NCBI GenBank assembly: GCA_050246755.1
Contig: JBFWVL010000001.1
Coordinates: forward strand, 1,792,001-1,856,000
Direction: 5' to 3'
From: Bacteriovoracia bacterium
Lineage (GTDB): Bacteria > Bdellovibrionota > UBA1018 > CAIPTA01
DNA: 64,000 bases
This document shows, piece after piece, positions 19,142 to 28,640 of the stretch. Every line of letters begins with the position of its first letter. Positions within the stretch are counted from its first letter, which is position 1. Under the pieces are notes generated by a model that saw only the letters and a list, made by a program, of their open reading frames with translations, was not told where the DNA came from and did not search any database. A program made the position numbers and the translations under genes.

Positions 19142-19693
19142 ATGAAAGTTTCGATGTTTGCATTTTTATTGCTCGCGATCGCTAGCTTTTCTGCCCAGGC
19201 CAAAGAAACTACCTACAAGGCCGTTTCCTCCTGCAATACCGGTGATGGGCCAATGGACCACGGCCTGCTGCAAGAGAAGAGCGGGAAGTATGATTTCTTG
19301 GCTTTCCGCAAGGGCGACATCAATCCGGTGGAATTCGATTTCGGTAAACTGGGCAAAGTTTCCGCCTGCGGAAAATCCAAAGGCAACAAAAGCGATTTCA
19401 GCGGCGAAGTAAAAGGACGCACGATCAAGCAGGGCAATTCTCTCGTTTACCAAGAAACCGGCTGTAAAGAAGACGAGGGCTGGAAAGCAGTTCGGCATAT
19501 CCGCTTTCTTGATAAGGAATTCGCGGAGATTAAATTCTTCCCCGAGTCCCGCCCCTGCCGCCTGAAGATATTTACGAAACGCGCCCAGGCCGCTCAGCGC
19601 GAAGCCGCCGTGCGTGCCGAGCCATTGAGCGAGGAAGCCTTGGCTCCCGACGCGATCGAAGAAGAGCAATCGGTAGACGTTGAGCTGAAGTAA
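19142..19693 (+). CDS. Secreted hypothetical protein, C-terminus EEEQSVDVELK
   Basis: AGGAGG SD; signal peptide ending AQA; 4 Cys. Confidence 0.75.
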   Translation: MKVSMFAFLLLAIASFSAQAKETTYKAVSSCNTGDGPMDHGLLQEKSGKYDFLAFRKGDINPVEFDFGKLGKVSACGKSKGNKSDFSGEVKGRTIKQGNSLVYQETGCKEDEGWKAVRHIRFLDKEFAEIKFFPESRPCRLKIFTKRAQAAQREAAVRAEPLSEEALAPDAIEEEQSVDVELK

Positions 19694-19696
19694 TTT

Positions 19697-21517
19697 TTAC
19701 TCTTTGTACAGCGCTTCGAGCTGTTCTTTATATTTCGCGCTTACTTGCTTGCGCTTCACCTTCATCGAGGGGGTGAGGCTTCCGTCTTCCACGGTGAATT
19801 CCTTCGGCAGCACGATATATTTCTTGATCGTTTCCCAGCGCGCGAGCTTGGCATTCAGCTGGTCGATGGCGTTCGCCACGAGTTTGAGCACTTCGGGATG
19901 TTTCACGAGCTCGGAGTAATCGCTGGTGATGATCCGGTGCGACTGCGCGAATTCCATCACGTATTCTTGGCTGAGGGTAATCAGCGCGGAGGCGAAGGGT
20001 TTCTGATCGCCGTAGAGCACCACTTGGCTGAGCACCTTGAAATCTTTGGCCATGCTCTCGATCTTTTGGGGCGCGATGAACTTTCCGCCCGCCGTTTTGA
20101 TCAGGTCTTTTTTCCGGTCGGTGATGCAGAGGTAGCCATCCTTATCGAGGTGGCCAATATCGCCGGTATAGAACCAGCCCGCGCGGAGCGACTCCGCCGT
20201 GGCTTCGGGGTTTTTGTAGTACTCTTTAAAATTTTTCGCCGTCTTGATAAGGATCTCGCCGTCTTCCGCGATCTTTACCAGCACTTCGGGCAGAAGCTTT
20301 CCTACCGAGCCGAAACGGTTATTGCCCGGCAAATTCACCGAGACGGGCGCGCAGGTTTCGGTGAGGCCGTAGCCCTCGTAAACGGGCACTCCCACGATAT
20401 GCATGAACTCCTGGATATTTTTGGCCAGCGGCGCCGATCCGCTCACGCAGAATTTCAGGCGTCCGCCGAAACGGCTGGAGACTTTGCTGAATACCAGGCG
20501 TTTCGCCAGTTCGTACTGAGCGGTTTGCGCCAGCGAGGGGCTTTTGCCCTGGCTCTTGGCTTCGAGCACCTCGCGGCCCACGCCAAGCGCCCACTCGAAG
20601 AGCTTCTTTTTTACCGCGGAAGAGTGATCCACCTGGCCGAGAATCTTGCTGTAGATTTTTTCGAACACGCGGGGAACCGAGATCCAGAGGGTGGGCTTTA
20701 CCTCGCCGAGATTGGTCACTAGGGTATCGATCGACTCGGCGAAGTTCGTGGTCCAGCCGAGGTAGTAAGGCGTGAGGCTTTCCCATTTACCGAAGATATG
20801 GCTCATCGGTAGGAAAGTGAGGAGTTGCTCGCGGTTAGTGACGATTCCCGTCATCACGATTTCCACGTCGCGGTAGGTGGAGCTGATGGCCGAATGCTGG
20901 AGTACCACGCCCTTGGGGAGCCCGGTGGTTCCCGAGGTATAGCAAATCGTGAAGGTATCTTCGGGTTTTGCCTCGGTAAAAAAAGCATCCACTTTCGCGC
21001 CGAGCGCTTTTTCCTGATTGAGGCCGAGGTCGTAGAGGGCGTTCCAGGTAATGATCTCGAAGGGAGCCTTTACGTCGCCCGCGCGGAACTCGAAGTTTAC
21101 GATCACGAGCTTGAGGGCCGGGCAATCCTTGGCGATGGCAATGATTTTCTGCAGGTTCTTGAAATCGTCCACGAACAGAACCGTGGCCTCGCAGTGATTG
21201 AAAATATACTGGGTATCTTCGGGGGTATTGGTGGGGTAGATCGGCACCGTGATTCCGCCCGCGCCGAGAATGGCCAGGTCCATCTGCGCCCAGTAAATCG
21301 AGGTTTGCGCGAGGATGGAGACGCGCCCGCCCTTTTTTACGCCGGAATGAATGAGCCCGCAGGCGAGGCGGCGCACGGTTTCGAGGTGTTCCTTGAAGGT
21401 GACTTCGATCCAGGCGCCGTCCTTCTTGTAGCTGGCATACACCTGATCAGGATTGGCCTTGGTGCGGCGGAGGAGGGCTTCGGTAATAGTTTTGGATTCG
21501 GAAATAAGAGATGCCAT
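19697..21517 (-). CDS. Long-chain fatty acid-CoA ligase (FadD15-like)
   Basis: YTSGTTGLPKG, EGYGLTET, TGDIG, DRKKDLIKT, TPSMKVKR. Confidence 0.9.
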   Translation of the reverse strand: MASLISESKTITEALLRRTKANPDQVYASYKKDGAWIEVTFKEHLETVRRLACGLIHSGVKKGGRVSILAQTSIYWAQMDLAILGAGGITVPIYPTNTPEDTQYIFNHCEATVLFVDDFKNLQKIIAIAKDCPALKLVIVNFEFRAGDVKAPFEIITWNALYDLGLNQEKALGAKVDAFFTEAKPEDTFTICYTSGTTGLPKGVVLQHSAISSTYRDVEIVMTGIVTNREQLLTFLPMSHIFGKWESLTPYYLGWTTNFAESIDTLVTNLGEVKPTLWISVPRVFEKIYSKILGQVDHSSAVKKKLFEWALGVGREVLEAKSQGKSPSLAQTAQYELAKRLVFSKVSSRFGGRLKFCVSGSAPLAKNIQEFMHIVGVPVYEGYGLTETCAPVSVNLPGNNRFGSVGKLLPEVLVKIAEDGEILIKTAKNFKEYYKNPEATAESLRAGWFYTGDIGHLDKDGYLCITDRKKDLIKTAGGKFIAPQKIESMAKDFKVLSQVVLYGDQKPFASALITLSQEYVMEFAQSHRIITSDYSELVKHPEVLKLVANAIDQLNAKLARWETIKKYIVLPKEFTVEDGSLTPSMKVKRKQVSAKYKEQLEALYKE

Positions 21518-21575
21518 GAAGGTATTGTAGCCGGAAGAAGCCGGATTTTGCACGCCTCGCCGGGGCGAACTAACG

Positions 21576-22040
21576 CTACCGTTTGCGGCTGCGGTCCATC
21601 TCGCGCTTGGATTCTTTTTCTTTGATGCTCTGGCGTTTGTCGTGGAGCTTTTTCCCTTTGCCCACGCCGATCTCGATCTTGGCTTTGCCCTTCAGGAAAT
21701 ACATCTGGGTGGGCACGATCGTGAGGCCTTTTTCTTCCAGGGCCGCGGCGATCTTGGTGAGCTCTTCCTTATGCAGGAGTAATTTCCGGGTGCGCATGGG
21801 AGCATGATTCTCCCGGTTGCCGTGGGAGTATTCCCCGATATGCATATTGGAGAGGAAGGCCTCGCCGCCCTGAATATACACGTAGGCATCGCTCATCTGC
21901 ACCTTTGCCGCGCGCAGGGCTTTTACTTCGGTGCCGAGCAGGGCGATGCCAGCTTCGTAGGTGTCCGAAATAAAATAGCGGAAGCGCGCGTCTTTGTTGG
22001 TGGAGATGATTTTGCGGCTATTTTCTTTATTCGCGGCCAT
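21576..22040 (-). CDS. smpB: SsrA-binding protein
   Basis: EAGIALLGTEVKALR, RTRKLLLHK, GKGKKLHDKR. Confidence 0.95.
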   Translation of the reverse strand: MAANKENSRKIISTNKDARFRYFISDTYEAGIALLGTEVKALRAAKVQMSDAYVYIQGGEAFLSNMHIGEYSHGNRENHAPMRTRKLLLHKEELTKIAAALEEKGLTIVPTQMYFLKGKAKIEIGVGKGKKLHDKRQSIKEKESKREMDRSRKR

Positions 22041-22087
22041 GGCCCCTTGAACTCACCAGGAATCGGCGGAAAAGGCAAGCGCTTGGC

Positions 22088-22954
22088 TTAGGCCTTACCC
22101 AGCGCGGCGAAGAGTTTTCCGAATTCCTCGATGGAGATCGTCTCCGCCCGGCGCATCCCATCGATGCCCACGGATTTCAGGATTTCCTGCAGGTTTGCCT
22201 TGGCGATTCCCTTGAGCCACCAGAGCTTGGCCATGTCCATCGAGAGAGAATTTTCTACCGTCTTGCGGCGGTGGGCGAAGCACGCTCTCACCATCGCGAG
22301 GAAGCGGTCCTTCTCATCTTTGCTCAGCGCGAGGCGCGGCTGCGCACGGCGGTGGAATTCGAGCACGATGGAGTCTACTTTCGGGCTGGGCCGGAAGGCG
22401 CCGGGTTTCAGGATCTGCTGGATTTTCACGTCGTAGAAAAGCTGTACCGCCACGGAGATGGCGCCGTATTCCTTACCGCCCGGCTGCGCGGCGATGCGCT
22501 GGCCCACTTCCTTTTGGAACATCAGCACCATCAGCGGAATTTTTTCCTGCAGGCCCACGAGGCGGAAAAGAATTTCGGTGGCCACGTTGTAGGGGAGATT
22601 GGCGGCCACGGTGAGGGGGGTGGTGAGGGGGAGGCCGTTATCCACCCAGAGACGGAGCCAATCGAAATCGAGCGCGTCGGCATGGAAAACTCTGTGTGCG
22701 CGGCTGCCGTGGATGAAGAGGGTTCCCTCGATTTTTTCGGCAAAGAGATCGTCTTTTTCCAGGAGGGAGAATTTCTGCGCGCGTTTGTAGAGCTCGGTGG
22801 AAAGGGCGCCGCGGCCGGGCCCGATTTCGAGGAGGAGGGGCGTGTTTTCGGGCACGGCTTCCACGATTTTTTTTATGGCGTTGGCGTCTACGAGGAAATT
22901 TTGCCCGAGAGATTTTTTGGCGAATTGTTCTTTCTGGGGGCCGCGTTTTTCCAT
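22088..22954 (-). CDS. rsmA: 16S rRNA m6(2)A1518/1519 methyltransferase
   Basis: KKSLGQNFL, EIGPGRG, ANLPYN, QKEV, FRPSPKVDS, FAHRRKT. Confidence 0.95.
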   Translation of the reverse strand: MEKRGPQKEQFAKKSLGQNFLVDANAIKKIVEAVPENTPLLLEIGPGRGALSTELYKRAQKFSLLEKDDLFAEKIEGTLFIHGSRAHRVFHADALDFDWLRLWVDNGLPLTTPLTVAANLPYNVATEILFRLVGLQEKIPLMVLMFQKEVGQRIAAQPGGKEYGAISVAVQLFYDVKIQQILKPGAFRPSPKVDSIVLEFHRRAQPRLALSKDEKDRFLAMVRACFAHRRKTVENSLSMDMAKLWWLKGIAKANLQEILKSVGIDGMRRAETISIEEFGKLFAALGKA

Positions 22955-23072
22955 TGGGGGTATGTAACACGGACGTGCCCAGGACGGAAATCGGAGGCCG
23001 AGCGGGGAAAGAATAGGGTTTGCGGGCGGTTTCCCTGGGCGGAGCTGGCCAGGGTTTTTCATCCCGGCGGGA

Positions 23073-23861
23073 ATGGAATTAGATCATTTGAGCGACGCGA
23101 AACTTTTGGCAAACACGGAACTGCTGGTGCGTGAGGAGAGGCGACGGCTGTATGCGGCGCTGGGGTATTCTTCACTGTTTCAGTATGCGGTGAGGAAGTT
23201 GGGGTATCCTGACAGCCAAGCGCATCGAAGAATGGTCGCCGTAAAAATGTTGAGGGAGTTACCGGAGATAGAAGAAAAAATCGCCAAGGGAAGCCTTAAC
23301 CTCACTCATATCAGCATGGCCAAAATTGTTTTCCGCACCAAGGGATTGGATCGCGCAGAGAAAATTGCCCTCCTTGAAAGGTTGGAGGGCAAATCTACGA
23401 GAGAAGCCTCGGCCATCCTCGCCGAAATTGCACCTCAGTCAGCTAGGCCGGATAAAATCCGCATGATAACTGGGGACACTATCGAGCTTCGCTTTGTGGC
23501 GTCGAAAGCCTTGCGGGAGAAAATCGAAATCCTTAAAGGCCGACTCGCCCACAACAACCCATGCCTGGATCTTGGCCGATTATTTGAATTTTTATGCGAT
23601 GAACAGTTAAGGACGATTAACAAACTTGCGGCGCCGACAGGCGGGGTGCGTCAATCCTTCTCCTCCCTCCGTAAATCCCTACTCTCACGCGGAAGCTGCG
23701 AAAACTGCGGGTCCACCTACGCCCTAGAAATAGACCACCGGCACCCCGTCGCCCTCGGCGGTACGAATGCTCCCGAAAATCTCCGCGTTCTTTGCCGCGC
23801 TTGCAACCAACGCGCGGCCATAGAAGCGTTCGGCCAAAAAAAAATGGACCTCTACCTGTAG
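23073..23861 (+). CDS. HNH endonuclease with helical N-terminal domain (possible selfish element)
   Basis: C-terminal CENC..EIDH..P.ALGG.N..ENLRVLCRACN; N-terminal GYSSLFQYAV motif; codon usage differs from neighbours. Confidence 0.8.
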   Translation: MELDHLSDAKLLANTELLVREERRRLYAALGYSSLFQYAVRKLGYPDSQAHRRMVAVKMLRELPEIEEKIAKGSLNLTHISMAKIVFRTKGLDRAEKIALLERLEGKSTREASAILAEIAPQSARPDKIRMITGDTIELRFVASKALREKIEILKGRLAHNNPCLDLGRLFEFLCDEQLRTINKLAAPTGGVRQSFSSLRKSLLSRGSCENCGSTYALEIDHRHPVALGGTNAPENLRVLCRACNQRAAIEAFGQKKMDLYL

Positions 23862-23914
23862 CCGGCTTGCCGCAATTTCTGGCCGAACCTGCGAGCCTCC
23901 CCTATACTATAAAC

Positions 23915-24358
23915 ATGAAAACTCTATTTTTAATCGCCATGCTCCTCACCCCCCAAGCCCGCGCCAGCGACTGCCGCGAAGAATCCCTTGTGCATTTTTT
24001 CTCGCAAGGGGCGGAAGTAAGCTCCGAGGTAATCGGCGCCGCGGATCCTTGCGATGAGTTCGGCGGCAACCTCGTCTACACCCCGAAGCACCATCTTTTT
24101 CTTTACGTAAATTTTAATATTCCGGGGAATATCGATCTCGACGAGTACGAGCAAGCGTTCGTGAACGGCGGATCGAATAAATTTTTCTACAACTTCCAGG
24201 TGGCGATCGTGGACAAGGGCTTTATCAAGCGCATGTACAATTCCCCTAAAGATGCCGTGCTGAGCATCGGCGGCGATACGCTGTTCATCTCGGAGGTCGT
24301 GGTTGCGGAAGGCCGCCTCACCGAATTGATGAACGATTTTTTTAGCTCCGGGCCTTGA
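23915..24358 (+). CDS. Secreted hypothetical protein
   Basis: Signal peptide MKTLFLIAMLLTPQARA; TATACT 6 nt upstream. Confidence 0.6.
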   Translation: MKTLFLIAMLLTPQARASDCREESLVHFFSQGAEVSSEVIGAADPCDEFGGNLVYTPKHHLFLYVNFNIPGNIDLDEYEQAFVNGGSNKFFYNFQVAIVDKGFIKRMYNSPKDAVLSIGGDTLFISEVVVAEGRLTELMNDFFSSGP

Positions 24359-24359
24359 G

Positions 24360-24860
24360 CTAAGGCAGGAATTCGCAGCTCAGCCAATTTCCCGAGAGGT
24401 AAGAGATTTCTTCGGTCATCCAGCCGTTGCTCAGATCCGTCATTAGCAGCCGAACCGAACTGGAGTCATAGTCGGTCTGGAATTTTCCCCAATAATTTAC
24501 TTCCGTAAATTTAATGTCTCCGAAGCAATGCCCCACTCGCGAGCAGTAGCCGAACGCCACCACCTTGCCGTCGTCGGAAGATCCGTCGTAGGGGCCCACG
24601 AAGGCATTATACCAAGCGCTCGTGGTTAGCGGCGGGCGGCCGTCGCTGAACGTTTTTAGCGTCTTGAGCAGGTATTTTCCCGCGCCGAGAGCGTAACGCT
24701 CGGACTCCAGGCGGTAGCCTTTTTCCGGAACCACGATGAATTTTTTGCCGGGGCGATCCAGCCGGTACACCGTGCCGGTGCCGGTATAGGTGCAGTCCGG
24801 CGGGGGAAGTTCGCTCGCGGAAACGGAGAACGAAAAAATTAGCGAAAGAATGGCGATCAT
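24360..24860 (-). CDS. Secreted hypothetical protein
   Basis: GAGG SD; signal peptide MIAILSLIFSFSVSA. Confidence 0.6.
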   Translation of the reverse strand: MIAILSLIFSFSVSASELPPPDCTYTGTGTVYRLDRPGKKFIVVPEKGYRLESERYALGAGKYLLKTLKTFSDGRPPLTTSAWYNAFVGPYDGSSDDGKVVAFGYCSRVGHCFGDIKFTEVNYWGKFQTDYDSSSVRLLMTDLSNGWMTEEISYLSGNWLSCEFLP

Positions 24861-24885
24861 AAGTACCTACCTCGAGTGGAAGATT

Positions 24886-25923
24886 TCATTGTTTTCCCCG
24901 CGCACTTTTGGCCTCGGAGCCGGGGTTTACCTCTACAGAAAATAGTTCCGCGCCGGTAAGATAATTCTTCTCGCGAAAGCGAACCGCGCTGAGGGCGGCG
25001 ATCATGGCGCCGTTGTCGGTGCAGAATTTCGGGGAGGGAATATGCAGGCGCACGCCTTCGGGCAGCGCCGAAATCATCTTCTCCCGCAGCCGCTGGTTTG
25101 CGGCCACTCCGCCGGCCACCACGAGATCGCGGTAGCCGCCGGCCTCGGCGGCGGCGGCGGTTTTCGTCACGAGGGAATCCACGATTGCTTCCTGGAAGGA
25201 GGCGCAGACGTCGGGCAAGGCCGGTGTGGGATGATCGCGCAAGTAGGTGGCGATCGAGGTTTTGAGTCCCGAAAAGGAAAAATCGGGCTGGTTCCAGGAA
25301 TTCAGCGCCCGAGGGAAAGCGACCGCGGAAGGATTTCCCTGGGCCGCCAAGCGCGCCACCTCGGGGCCGCCGGGGTAGGGAAGTCCCATTAGCCGGGCAC
25401 CCTTATCGAAAGCTTCGCCGGCGGCGTCGTCGCGGGTATGCCCGAGGGCTCGGCCCAGCCGCCAGCCTTCCGTGATTTCATACAAAGAAGTATGGCCCCC
25501 GGAAATGATCAGGCCTAGGCAGGGGAATTGGATTTGCGCGCCTTCGAGCGTGACGGCCGCGAGGTGAGCTTCGAGGTGGTGAATCGGGATCAGCGGGATG
25601 CGCAGGCCGTAACATAATGTTTTCACGGCGTTCACGCCGATCATCAGCGAGCCGATGAGGCCGGGGCGATTGGTTACGCCGATCGCGCTCAATTGTTGGT
25701 AGGAGATTCCAGCTTTATCCAAAGAGGCGCGGACCACCGGCAGCAAGCTCTCCAAGTGTCGTCGCGAAGCGAGCTCTGGAACTACGCCGCCAAAGCGCAC
25801 GTGCACTTCTTCCTGGCGCGCCGTGATGTCGGAAAGTAGCGTCATTCCCGATGCATCGAGACGCACCACGGCGGCCGACGTTTCGTCGCAGCTGGATTCA
25901 ATTCCAAGCACGTGAAAAAGCAT
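24886..25923 (-). CDS. tsaD: tRNA t6A synthesis protein TsaD
   Basis: LGIESSCDETS, GGVVPELASRRH, HHLEAH, SGGHT, DDAAGEAFDK, FSFSGLKT, DNGAMIA. Confidence 0.95.
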   Translation of the reverse strand: MLFHVLGIESSCDETSAAVVRLDASGMTLLSDITARQEEVHVRFGGVVPELASRRHLESLLPVVRASLDKAGISYQQLSAIGVTNRPGLIGSLMIGVNAVKTLCYGLRIPLIPIHHLEAHLAAVTLEGAQIQFPCLGLIISGGHTSLYEITEGWRLGRALGHTRDDAAGEAFDKGARLMGLPYPGGPEVARLAAQGNPSAVAFPRALNSWNQPDFSFSGLKTSIATYLRDHPTPALPDVCASFQEAIVDSLVTKTAAAAEAGGYRDLVVAGGVAANQRLREKMISALPEGVRLHIPSPKFCTDNGAMIAALSAVRFREKNYLTGAELFSVEVNPGSEAKSARGKQ

Positions 25924-25957
25924 GCCTTTTGTTAATCCAAAGGGAGCCAGGAATCCA

Positions 25958-25987
25958 TTGAAATAGGGCCCTATCCGTGGGTATAGT
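25958..25987 (+). promoter_or_regulatory. Sigma70-like promoter (leaderless prs)
   Basis: TTGAAA-N18-TATAGT, 6 nt before ATG 25994. Confidence 0.5.
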
Positions 25988-25993
25988 GCCGGC

Positions 25994-26965
25994 ATGGTTC
26001 TCCCAGCCACTCGCTCCCAGCTGCATATCTTCTCCGGTGGGTCTAATCGGCCCCTGGCGCAGAAAATTGCGGAGAGCCTCGGGGTGGAATTAGGCCGAAC
26101 CGATCTGCGCCGCTTCAGCGACAAAGAAATCTTCGTAGAAATCCAGGAAAGCGTTCGTGGCCGCGATGTGTACGTGGTGCAAAGTACCTGCGCGCCGGTG
26201 AACGATAACCTGATGGAGCTTCTAGTCATGGTGGACGCTTTGAAGCGCGCCTCCGTGAACTCCATCACCGCCGTGATGCCCTACTACGGTTACGCCCGGC
26301 AGGATCGAAAAGTGCAGCCGCGCACGCCGATCACCGCCAAGCTCGTGGCCGATTTGCTCACCGCCGCGGGCGTGAACCGGGTGGTTTCGATGGACCTTCA
26401 TTCCGGGCAGATTCAGGGCTTCTTCAATATTCCCTTCGACAACCTTTTCGCCCGTCCCGTGATGCTGAACTATATTCGCGAAAATCTTTTGGGTAACGCC
26501 AATGGCGAGGATCTCGTGATCGTTTCACCCGACGCCGGCGGCGTGGAGCGCGCCCGCGCCTACGCGAAAAAAGTGAACGCGAAAGTGGCGATGATCGACA
26601 AGCGCCGCACGGGCCCGAACGTGGCCAAAGCGATGTTTATCGTGGGCGAAGTAGAAGGCCATCGCGCGCTGATTCTCGACGATATGGTGGATACCGCCGG
26701 CACGCTCACCGAAGCCGCCGACACGCTGATGAAGCACGGAGCGAAGGAAGTATACGCCTGCGCTACCCACCCGGTGCTTTCGGGCCCCGCGATTGGCCGC
26801 CTCAAGGAATCCTGCATTAAGCGTTTCATTTGCACCGACACGATCCCGCTTTCCCCGGAAGCCCTGGCTTGCGGAAAAATCGAGTCGCTCTCGGTGGCCG
26901 GGATTCTCGGAGAAGCGATCCGCCGCATTCACTTTCATGATTCCGTAAGCTCCCTTTTCGACTAA
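25994..26965 (+). CDS. prs: Ribose-phosphate pyrophosphokinase
   Basis: [42 protein letters not shown]. Confidence 0.97.
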   Translation: MVLPATRSQLHIFSGGSNRPLAQKIAESLGVELGRTDLRRFSDKEIFVEIQESVRGRDVYVVQSTCAPVNDNLMELLVMVDALKRASVNSITAVMPYYGYARQDRKVQPRTPITAKLVADLLTAAGVNRVVSMDLHSGQIQGFFNIPFDNLFARPVMLNYIRENLLGNANGEDLVIVSPDAGGVERARAYAKKVNAKVAMIDKRRTGPNVAKAMFIVGEVEGHRALILDDMVDTAGTLTEAADTLMKHGAKEVYACATHPVLSGPAIGRLKESCIKRFICTDTIPLSPEALACGKIESLSVAGILGEAIRRIHFHDSVSSLFD

Positions 26966-26966
26966 A

Positions 26967-27536
26967 ATGTATCTCTTAGTTGGTCTCGGAAATCCTGGGC
27001 GCGAGCATGTGATCAACCGCCACAATCTCGGTTTTTTGGCGGTGGAGGCCTGGGTTCTTCTCAAGGGCGAGGAGTTCCGGAAAAAAGAATTTCATTCCGA
27101 AACCGCCCGGCTGAAAGTGGGCGGAGAAGAAGTGCTGGCGATGAAGCCGCAAACCTACATGAACCGCTCGGGAGATGCAGTTCACGAGGCCATGCAGTTT
27201 TATAAGGTGCCGATGGAGAACGTGATCGTGCTGCACGACGAGATCGATCTCCTGCCGAAAACTTTCCGCATCAAGCGGGGCGGGGGGCACGCCGGGCATA
27301 ATGGCTTGCGCTCGCTCATGCATCACGGAGAAAATTTTCTCCGCTTCCGCATGGGAGTGGGCCGACCGCCGCATAAGGATATGGACGTAGCGGATTACGT
27401 GCTCGGAAATTTGGATAAGGACGAGCTGAGTTTTTGGGAAGAAGAAATGCCGAACGTATGCGCGGCGATTGATCTCTGTCTGCAGGGAAAAATGGACCAG
27501 GCGATGAATCAGTTTCACAAGAAAGCGAAGGAATAG
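26967..27536 (+). CDS. pth: Peptidyl-tRNA hydrolase
   Basis: [35 protein letters not shown]. Confidence 0.95.
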   Translation: MYLLVGLGNPGREHVINRHNLGFLAVEAWVLLKGEEFRKKEFHSETARLKVGGEEVLAMKPQTYMNRSGDAVHEAMQFYKVPMENVIVLHDEIDLLPKTFRIKRGGGHAGHNGLRSLMHHGENFLRFRMGVGRPPHKDMDVADYVLGNLDKDELSFWEEEMPNVCAAIDLCLQGKMDQAMNQFHKKAKE

Positions 27537-27539
27537 TTT

Positions 27540-28640
27540 ATGGGTCTTAGTTGCGGAATCGTTGGGTTGCCCAACGTAGGTAAATCCACTCTCTTTAATG
27601 CGCTCACCAACGCGAAGGTGGCGGCCTCTAATTTCCCCTTCTGCACCATTGATCCGAACGTAGGCATCGTGAAAGTGCCGGACGTTCGCCTCGATGAAAT
27701 CACCAAGCGGGTGAAACCGCAGAAAACAGTTCCCGCCGCCATGGAATTCGTGGACATCGCCGGTATCGTGAAGGGCGCCTCCAAGGGAGAGGGCCTCGGC
27801 AATAAATTTCTCGCCAATATCCGCGAAGCCAATGCCATCGTGCACGTGGTGCGCTGCTTCGACGATCCCAACGTGATCCACGTGGATGGCTCGGTGGATC
27901 CGATCCGCGACGTGACCGTGATCGACATGGAGCTCATGCTCGCCGACCTCGAGGCCGTTTCGAAGCGTTACCCGATCGTGGAGAAATCCGCCGCCCGTGA
28001 TCCAAAGGCGTTCGGAATGCAGGTCCAGGCCCTCAAAAAAATTAAGGAAGCCCTCGAAAAGGGGATTCCCGTGCGCGCGCTCAGCCTCGAGGAGGAGGAG
28101 TGGAAGGCCGTGGCTGATCTGCACCTCATGAGCCAGAAAAAAGTTCTCTACGTGGGTAATGTGGACGAGAACAACGTGGCCGATCCCATGAAGAGCCCTT
28201 TCTATCCCAAGCTCGTGGAATACGCGGCAAAGGAAAAAAGTGGCGTGGTGCCGATCTGCGGAAAGATCGAGAGCGAGCTCGTGGAGCTCGAGGGCGCCGA
28301 TAAGAAAGAAATGCTCGAAAGCCTAGGCCTGAAGGAAGATGGCCTTTCTCGTCTGATCCGCGAGGCGTATAAGCTCCTCGGCCTCTGCACCTACTTCACT
28401 GCGGGCGAGCAGGAAGTGCGCGCCTGGACCTTTCACCAAGGCTGGAAGGCCCCCCAAACTGCGGGCGTGATCCATACCGACTTCGAGCGCGGTTTCATCA
28501 AGGCCGAAGTCTATCACTACGACGACCTCGTTAAGCTCGGTACCGAAGCCGAGATCAAAGCGAAGGGGCTGATGCGCCTCGAGGGCAAAGAATACGTGGT
28601 GCGTGATGGCGACATCATGCACTTCCGCTTTAATGTTTAA
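27540..28640 (+). CDS. ychF: Redox-regulated ATPase YchF
   Basis: [33 protein letters not shown]-terminal TGS ending HFRFNV. Confidence 0.97.
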   Translation: MGLSCGIVGLPNVGKSTLFNALTNAKVAASNFPFCTIDPNVGIVKVPDVRLDEITKRVKPQKTVPAAMEFVDIAGIVKGASKGEGLGNKFLANIREANAIVHVVRCFDDPNVIHVDGSVDPIRDVTVIDMELMLADLEAVSKRYPIVEKSAARDPKAFGMQVQALKKIKEALEKGIPVRALSLEEEEWKAVADLHLMSQKKVLYVGNVDENNVADPMKSPFYPKLVEYAAKEKSGVVPICGKIESELVELEGADKKEMLESLGLKEDGLSRLIREAYKLLGLCTYFTAGEQEVRAWTFHQGWKAPQTAGVIHTDFERGFIKAEVYHYDDLVKLGTEAEIKAKGLMRLEGKEYVVRDGDIMHFRFNV

